This document shows, piece after piece, positions 56,446-64,000 of a stretch of DNA of 64,000 nt. The stretch's first letter is position 1, and every line of letters starts with the position of its first letter. The DNA comes from the human T2T-CHM13v2.0 reference genome, Homo sapiens: assembly GCF_009914755.1 (NCBI RefSeq), contig NC_060929.1. One strand, given 5' to 3'. The notes under the pieces were generated by a model, which worked only from the letters and a program-made list of their open reading frames with translations, was not told the origin of the DNA and searched no databases. The position numbers and the translations under genes were made by a program.

Positions 56446-57203
56446 CCGTATGGTGACAGCACCTTGGTAATATTCCACAAAGAATAGCATCATCTCTGTA
56501 CGTGCTTCCCATGCCCTGCTCCTACTCATACTATGGTGCCTCACACTCAGTTTTCTTCCCATCCTTACTGAGCTGAGGATGATTCATCTCAGTCACTATG
56601 ACTCTTGAAGCTCCCCTTGGAAAGTCCAGGAGCAAAACTCATCATATTTCTGACATGATACCAGTCTCTGTCTCTGATGATATTAGGGAAAAGTGGTATT
56701 CACTTAATTCTTTCCCTCAAGGGGCTGACAACCCCTAGAAATCCCTTGCTAAAACAACTAAAACAAATGTGGGATTGTCTCTTGCCCCCCAAAATTCCTG
56801 AGCAGCCTAGTGTCCTAAGGTCTGCAAAACATGGAGAAATCGAGGAGGAGGCCAGAGAATCAAAGCAACTTTGCTTATGATCAGCACGCCACTTTTGAAA
56901 AAAATAATAGAGCAAAATCTCCAACTTGATTATAACCAGCTTCTTCAGGGTTTGCAACCTGGAGACCTTATTTTTTTGAGGGGTCAGATTTCATGAAACT
57001 GAAGCATACTCAAATCACTCGAGCCGCCGAAATCATACCATCACCTCAGGTTTTAGTTGTTTGTGTGCCTGAAGGTTTGCTAGAGTTTCCTCTTTTTCCT
57101 CTTCCAAAAATCATGATGGTTACTTGGTTTGGAAATAAAATCCAGAACGTTGCCTATAAATAGTAAATCGGCCTCAAGTTCTGATTGACCATGCTTCAAT
57201 CTA

Positions 57204-57217
57204 CTGCCCCCTAGTGG
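57204..57217 (-). promoter_or_regulatory. Consensus CTCF binding motif
   Basis: Minus strand reads CCACTAGGGGGCAG, matching the CTCF core CCASYAGRKGGCRS; apparently non-repeat context with locally retained CpGs. Confidence 0.75.
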
Positions 57218-60200
57218 ATGGACCACCGTTGCAGCTGCACCTCTCCTTAATTCATAGTTGCCAATTCAAAACTATAAGCTATTCTCCATGGCAGTTCCTG
57301 ATGAGTTAGAATCCATGAATGACCTGAACGCCTGTAGACCCCCACTTCGTTGGTGGCACTTCCCTGCCCTGAGGCTATTTATCTTTGTTCCATTTCAGTG
57401 GCATTTCTAACTGCTTTTCGAGACCTTTATTCCAGTCCCTGGCATAAAATTTCCTACTAATTTCTCCAGTTTCTAGGCAAGCTGGCCTCTACCCTTGGAC
57501 TCAAAGTCTGCTTAACTCCAGTCCCACAGTTACAGCCAAGTCCCCAGAGATTTGTTCTCGTCCAGTGAAGTAAGGCAAAACCACTGAACAAGCCTAAACA
57601 TGGCTGTCACTGACCTCTTCTCCCTTTCCAAGAACAATTCCAATTTCCTCAGTAAATGGGTATCCGTGGAGTCTGTTAAAAATCAATTTTCAGCCCATTT
57701 GTTCACAAGGAAATTTTTAAGGCTTCCTCTGTTGACCCTCAGCCATTAATCTCAAACAAACCAATATGATGCTACAGGATACAAACTGATAGGATAAGAT
57801 CTACCCAACCAGAGAAATGTTCCCCAGCAAGACAGATGCAGCTACTATTTTCCCTATAATAAGAAATTATTACCATCACAAGGACTACCTTAGCTCTATC
57901 TCACCTGAGAGCCTTGTCTTTAAAAGCAAACCTTAACCAGTCATAGTCTGGTCAAGAACCAATGACATAGGGGTGATCTGACTTACACACAATACAATTA
58001 AATAGTTTTTTCTGCCTCCCTCCCTTGTCTCATCTTCAGTTGTCCCCCAGCAACTCATTGCTCTATCCTCATGACCTTAACTCCTTCTGACTTATTGTTT
58101 CCTTATTGATGTCTCATGACCTTCTTACTATAATAGGTGATATCATCCAGAGGCTTGATATCATAGGAGATAAAAGATTGAGTTCATTCAGTCAGCTCTT
58201 CTTCTTGGTTAATCAACCATCTAACTGTTGACTCTAAGTTCTGCCTTGGACATTGTGTGTGAACATTGATACTGGTCAGTTCCTCCTGTTTTTGATTCAG
58301 TTTCTAGAATTATATGGCTTACCCATAAATCTCTGCCAAACTTCTACATCTATCCTTCCCTACTGCCCTACTGTAGATATATCCTATGGACACATATGTA
58401 CATAATACAAGGAACACTCCTCTATGTTTATATTTTACAAAATTTCATAATGCCATGTTTCTTCAGTTGAAATAAACATGCAGTATAAACTTCATAATAC
58501 TAATTTTCATATAATTCCAAAACATAGATGATCATACTGAAGGTACACTTTTAGTTTAGGTCTAGGGTAATAATTTGAATCCAAAAATCCCACATGTGCC
58601 TCCCCATACTTATTCCAAATATAGCTGACTGTCACCTGGACCAGTCTTTATACAGCATTGCATTCAATTAAACAGCAATCTGACCACAGAAGGCCTGAAG
58701 TATTATGTAGGTCTTGATTGTGAATTGCTTTTAATGGATAATATGGAGAATTTACACAAAGCTTCACAGAAATCTTTCTAAAAATTATTTCTGGCCATTT
58801 CTTATTCAAGCCAGTTCTCTCTCACACAGATGCTGCCTCTTACTTCTCCATGCTCACTTCCTGCCTTGCTTCTCTCTCTCTCCCTTTCCATCTGGTATGG
58901 CTTACACACCCAGGGCTACTGACAGGTGAATGTGCACACCATCTGCAGCCCCCAAAGGAGCAGAGTTTGTCTTCTGCTCAGAATGCTTCTCTCACAACAG
59001 CCAGCGCTCAAAGGAATTCTGTTGAACACAAATACAAATTCTCTACCTTGTTAAACTTTCCATTTCTAAAGTGTACAATCATTCACCTACCACACAACCA
59101 CAACAATTTCATGTTCTGCAAATAGAAATTATTTTCAATGACTTCCTCTGGACATCTCTTTCTGATTTTAAGCCAAAAAATCAATTTAAGATGGTCCTAA
59201 ATGGGGAAAAATCATAACAAGTAGTTGGTAACAGGCATATTTATATCATTGGAAATATGAATGAATGCAAAAGCTATTTTAGATGCATAGACAATATTGG
59301 AGGATGATAATTATAACTTGCCTAGGGTATACAGTGTGTATGTATTTTACCAATGCAGATATTCTCTTGCTTTATTGGTATCCACATTACTATTTGTTCA
59401 CTTACATCTACAGATTTGGGAAAACCTATAACTGGTGCTGCATTCCTGAGTTTCTAGAAGACTACATGGCCCTGAGGGCCAATTTTCAGAGACCAATACA
59501 TCTTGTTGGACTAGGTCTGAGAGACAAGAGTCTGAGAAGAATACTAAGGACTTTGATGGATTATCACTAAAACTGAACTTTGCTGAAAAGTTATAAATCA
59601 TCAGCTTTCTTCAGGCTTAGATGGGACTGATACTAGAAAGATCATTAAAGTCACCAAGCTGTCCTCAGGCCTAAAAAGTACATTGAAAAGACTATAGTCT
59701 ACCAAAAATGTAAACGAGTGTAATACACATTCCAGGCATTTGAAGTTCAGGCACTAATCATCTCAAATAAATGATAAACAAATGACGAGTTACATGTAAA
59801 TCTACAGTGTTGTCAAAACATTGCCCTTGTAATCCCAGATAAATGATGAAGTTTATAAAAGGAGATTTCTGAGGGTCATGGAAGATTGTTTAAACATACA
59901 TGAAGAGTGGTTTAAGTGCTAATCCATTGCCATTTATGTAAACTGCATTTCTATCCTTGGTCTTTGCTGCATAAAATTGCCTCATCATTTTATAAATCCA
60001 TAGACCTAGTTGAAACTAGTCCCTGCTGGAAACAAATTTTTCACGTTAAGCTTGAAAGTTTTAAACTCTCCTCTACATACACATAGTGACACAGTTTTGA
60101 AAACCTCCATTCAAGATGTGACAAAGTTTAAAGCACTTCAGAACTTTCATGGAGTATCACTTTCTATCCAATCCTAAAAGATCTAACAATGCAGAAATGC

Positions 60201-61619
60201 TTCCACATCAAGATGTTTCAAAAGGTACTTTATAAACGAATCTGGATTCTACCGAAAGCTGTTACACATCTGCTTTGCTTTACCAATGAAGAACACAAAC
60301 ATGTTGATGGTTTCAGTCCAAACCCTTTTTGCAAGCAAGAAGGAAATGCAGAATGTTCAGCTAATTGCTAAGAGGAAATCCATATGTGTTATTTGCTTTC
60401 CATGAAAGGACAGGTCCTCTTGCTATTTAATTGATGAAATGTTGTACACAAAACTGACAGTGATTAATACCATTCTAAGATGCCATTTTAAGAGCTGTAA
60501 GTGTAATGCTTTGGAATATGTTCTTTGACATTTACATTGCTATTTGCTAGGTAAAAAATCTAGTTCTTGCCTTAAGCATTTATATTGGGGGAGAAATGTT
60601 AAGTAATTTCAAATGGCAATATCTTCCTGGAGAGCCAATCATTAGAAAGCCAGGAACCAATTACTTGTGCCCCAGATTTCCTTGTTCAAAACAAACAAAC
60701 GGTATCCTACAAATTCATCTAGAAATATTTATTAAGCACTCAGGATATTTTGTGTGGTTTCTCTTTGATGTGCCTCTTCCTACAAAGAGACTGGATGGAC
60801 ATAGAATGCCCCAAATTCGAGGAGCACATAATAAAATGAATGAATTTTTCAACAGATCTTCCGTCCATGGTACTCTTCCCACAAACTCACGGAGAACTCA
60901 GCTGGGAAGTCTGTCCTCCAGTGAGCTCCAAGACAATACATAATGGCTCTCACATTTCCTTCTTTGATGCAGTCTCAAAAGGCGGTAGGGTTCAAGCCTG
61001 CGTTTTCTTTTGTAATTTCCAACATAGGGAAGGATATGAAGAGCTTGTTTTCTTCTTCAAAGAATTCACAGTTCATTATACTTAAGCTTTCCACAGCCCT
61101 GTGACCGCTCAGACTCTCCCCCAACCCTAGTGCATTACTGCCACTGGAATCACTTATGTCTAACAGGAATAACAAAGTTTCTCTTTTGCATCTACCATAG
61201 TCATTACTCCTGACACCACAAGTATTCAAACACCAGAATTTTACAAAAACAAACCACACAAAATAAATCCAACAGGCTCTATTGCCTGAGTTCTATTGCC
61301 TGAGTTCCTTGATGAGGGGACACTCTCGCTTTCTGACTGACATTCCTGTGCCTCACATCGAGTTGAAGGCTGGCAACACAAACGCAAACATCCTAAGGCA
61401 TCAAGCAGGTAACTATAATAGGCAAAGGAAGCAAGATGACAAGGGCACAATGTTAAAGGTTCCTAACGCTGCTATTTGCTAAGAAAGCAAAATTGCAAAT
61501 ACAATGAGTGGCAATTGACACTGGCCTCAGTGCCTTGGAGCCTGTGGTGAATTTGCCCTATCTAAAAGGACCAGTAGTTAGTAAGCCCCATGCACGTGTT
61601 TGCACACAAGAATATAAGT

Positions 61620-61825
61620 CCTGAATTGCCAGGCCTTACAAATTCTCTAAGAGCTGGAAATCAAGATTTTCATGTGATTCTCCCAACATTTAAGTTTTTA
61701 AGTGATAGCAATTAAGCCATCTGAAAGAAAAAGCTAGCCACATGGTGAGATATATGTGTTCAGGATGAACAAAACCCACTTTGTGGACCAGATCAGGGCC
61801 AAAGGCTGAGAGTTTGCACCTCTAG
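61620..61825 (-). mobile_element. Partial hAT-Charlie fossil (MER102/MER113-like)
   Basis: 'agctggaaatcaagattttcatgtgattctccca' and end 'ggaccagatcagggcc...agtttgcacctct' resemble the reverse of the element at 7504. Confidence 0.5.
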
Positions 61826-63302
61826 TCTTGGCAATGCTCAAAAAAGGTGTGTTTTATTTTTCTGATTTTAATTCAAGCCCAAGCTGAGAAGTTTCAGAAA
61901 GCTAAATCTGGAGTTCTGCTCTTCAAGTCTTCTCTGACATCTCTTGTCAGAGCAAGGCCCCATACAAGTCTAAAGGAAGCAAATTCTCTTGTCAGCCATC
62001 ATTTATCTTGAACACTGGAGGATGGAGTCCATGACACCCAATGTAAATACCAGTAACCAAGTGCAGATTAATGCAACTGCCATCCACTCATCTCTTCAAT
62101 TATCCAGAGGTTCTTCAACACAGAGAACAAATCATAAGGAAAAATGAAAGACAGTTGAGTTGCAATTATAATAAAAATTTTAAAGTGGTATTGAAGGCTC
62201 AGTAAGTACTTTGCAAGGTAGAGGAACAGAAGGATTAATTTAGGGGCAATGAAAAGCAGTGATATGTTGGCAATTTAGGCGGTTGAACAAGTGCATAGCA
62301 TGTATGGAATTCCAGTGTTTTTATGGGCCACCAACCAACTGAAACTTCCTCCTCCTCTTGATGGTGAGGCTCTGTTTATGAACCACAGCATGTTTGTGTT
62401 TCCTACTCAAGCCTGCTTTACTGCCCTGGAGTCCCTGATGCCAACACATACGCACGCATTCTGAGTTCAGGGACTGAGCAATCCACCTTTCAAAAGCCAA
62501 CAGAAGTATTCTATGCCAGTCTCCGTTCGACTTTGAAGATGCTGACCAGGGGAAAAAATAAAATCCTCCATTCAAATCTTATCCTTGCTAATAGGAGGGC
62601 CATGGGCTGCCAGCTATCTTGTGCCAGCCCCTTTATGGTTTGTCTCTGACAGATCAGTATCAAACCAAATAGCTATAGGCCAACCAAGTTAAAAAAAAAA
62701 AAAAAAAAAAAAAACAGAAACCAAAAGACTCATGCCTGCTGGTGAAAACTTAAGCAGGCATGTGGGTAACATGAGTGGGACAAGCTGGCAGCCCACAGTC
62801 TTTTTGAAGTGAAGAGCAAACAAGTTGAGGATTTTTATAATGCAGGCTTTGTCCGGTAATTCAGCCAGAAGCTTTACCAATACAGCTGCTTCCAAAAACT
62901 AAAACACATGGGGCTGAAAGCATTGCAACTTAAAGCAAACAAGATTCGCAGCCAGGTCCAGCATTCCCAACAGCTGAAGAATGGACACGCTCTGCCACTA
63001 AAAATAAAGTGGTGGACCAATTCTGAATGTCTCCCAGACAGACCAAAAGTAAATAATGTTGGACAATTATAACCTGTAAAAAGACCAACTAAAAGAGACT
63101 ATGATCAGTGTTTGAAGATACAGCTACAAAGAGCTCTCTCTTGGGATGGAATTCAAGGGTCAGAAAGGGAAGCTGGGTAAGAGAGATGTCAGTTATGAAA
63201 ATAATGCTTAAAAGAAAAGAATAAAGAGCTTACAATCATTTTCTTGTGAAATATGTAGCACCTATTACCCTTTATCCTTACCCTCCAAGTTGGGGGACAT
63301 AT

Positions 63303-63304
<2 letters not shown>

Positions 63305-63344
<40 letters not shown>
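63305..63344. repeat. Perfect (GT)20 microsatellite
   Basis: Seen directly. Confidence 0.97.
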
Positions 63345-63345
<1 letters not shown>

Positions 63346-64000
63346 TGTGTTTATAGCTTTTCACACATTTATCTCTCTAGCCTCTTTTCAACAGGCCACA
63401 TCCCCTCATTGCACATCAGGCTTCAGCCCAACTGAATTTGAACCTTCAGTGGCACAAGCAGCAAAAGCAGCCCTATCGTTTCCATTGAAGAGCAAATGTT
63501 CCTGTCATAACACTAGATCACAAACATCACGAAGAAATAAATCAACACGTTCTCAAATGTTAAGTTGTGACTATCCAAAGCCCAAAATACTAGAGAAAAC
63601 TAGGCAAAGAGAGTGCTTGATCTCCTCCTGCAAAACAGATCAGTGTTCTTTCTCATCAAAAGGAGAAACTCCTCACTTTTGAGCTTTCAACAGGTGGCCT
63701 GAAAAAGCCTTCAGTCTACTGGGCAACTAAGCGGCACGTGCTAAAGGGTAGGTAGATTAGGAGGACATGAGGGGCTATTTCAGCCCAGAGTGCAGTCTTC
63801 AAGCTGGGGGTATAATTTATGTTCCTACATCTATATGATATATTCCCCGTTACAGTAATTATTATGAATTATAGATAAGCACTCTGCGTGTAATGTTCTG
63901 CTCTCCATTTCCTACAAATCAAATTACTGAGGGTTATATTGGATTGTGGACATATTTAGAAAATCCTTTTATGGTTGTTTGTTAACTTTCCTCCTGCCAA

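Overview
AT-rich, repeat-dense primate (very probably human) genomic DNA. It carries Alu, L1, L2, MIR, MaLR/ERV1 LTRs and hAT DNA-transposon fossils. I can support no intact protein-coding gene, RNA gene or CRISPR array; almost all ORF-track entries are chance ORFs or repeat-derived. The standout is a ~480-bp processed pseudogene of PSMC1 (26S proteasome ATPase Rpt2) at 3803-4281 that looks very young. It has a twin-priming 5' inversion, a perfect 15-bp target-site duplication (TSD), a pure poly(A) and no visible coding decay. A second twin-primed insertion (an old L1PA with an 18-bp TSD) lies at 34136-35549. Other notable items: a two-LTR THE1-type provirus with a DUX4-type motif, a consensus CTCF site in a CpG-retaining patch, an Alu with a microhomology-bounded 44-nt deletion, a near-perfect 30-bp palindrome and several small tandem duplications. 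I see no evidence of a new multi-gene biological system. Repeat subfamilies are recognised from memory of consensus sequences, and boundaries without a TSD are approximate.
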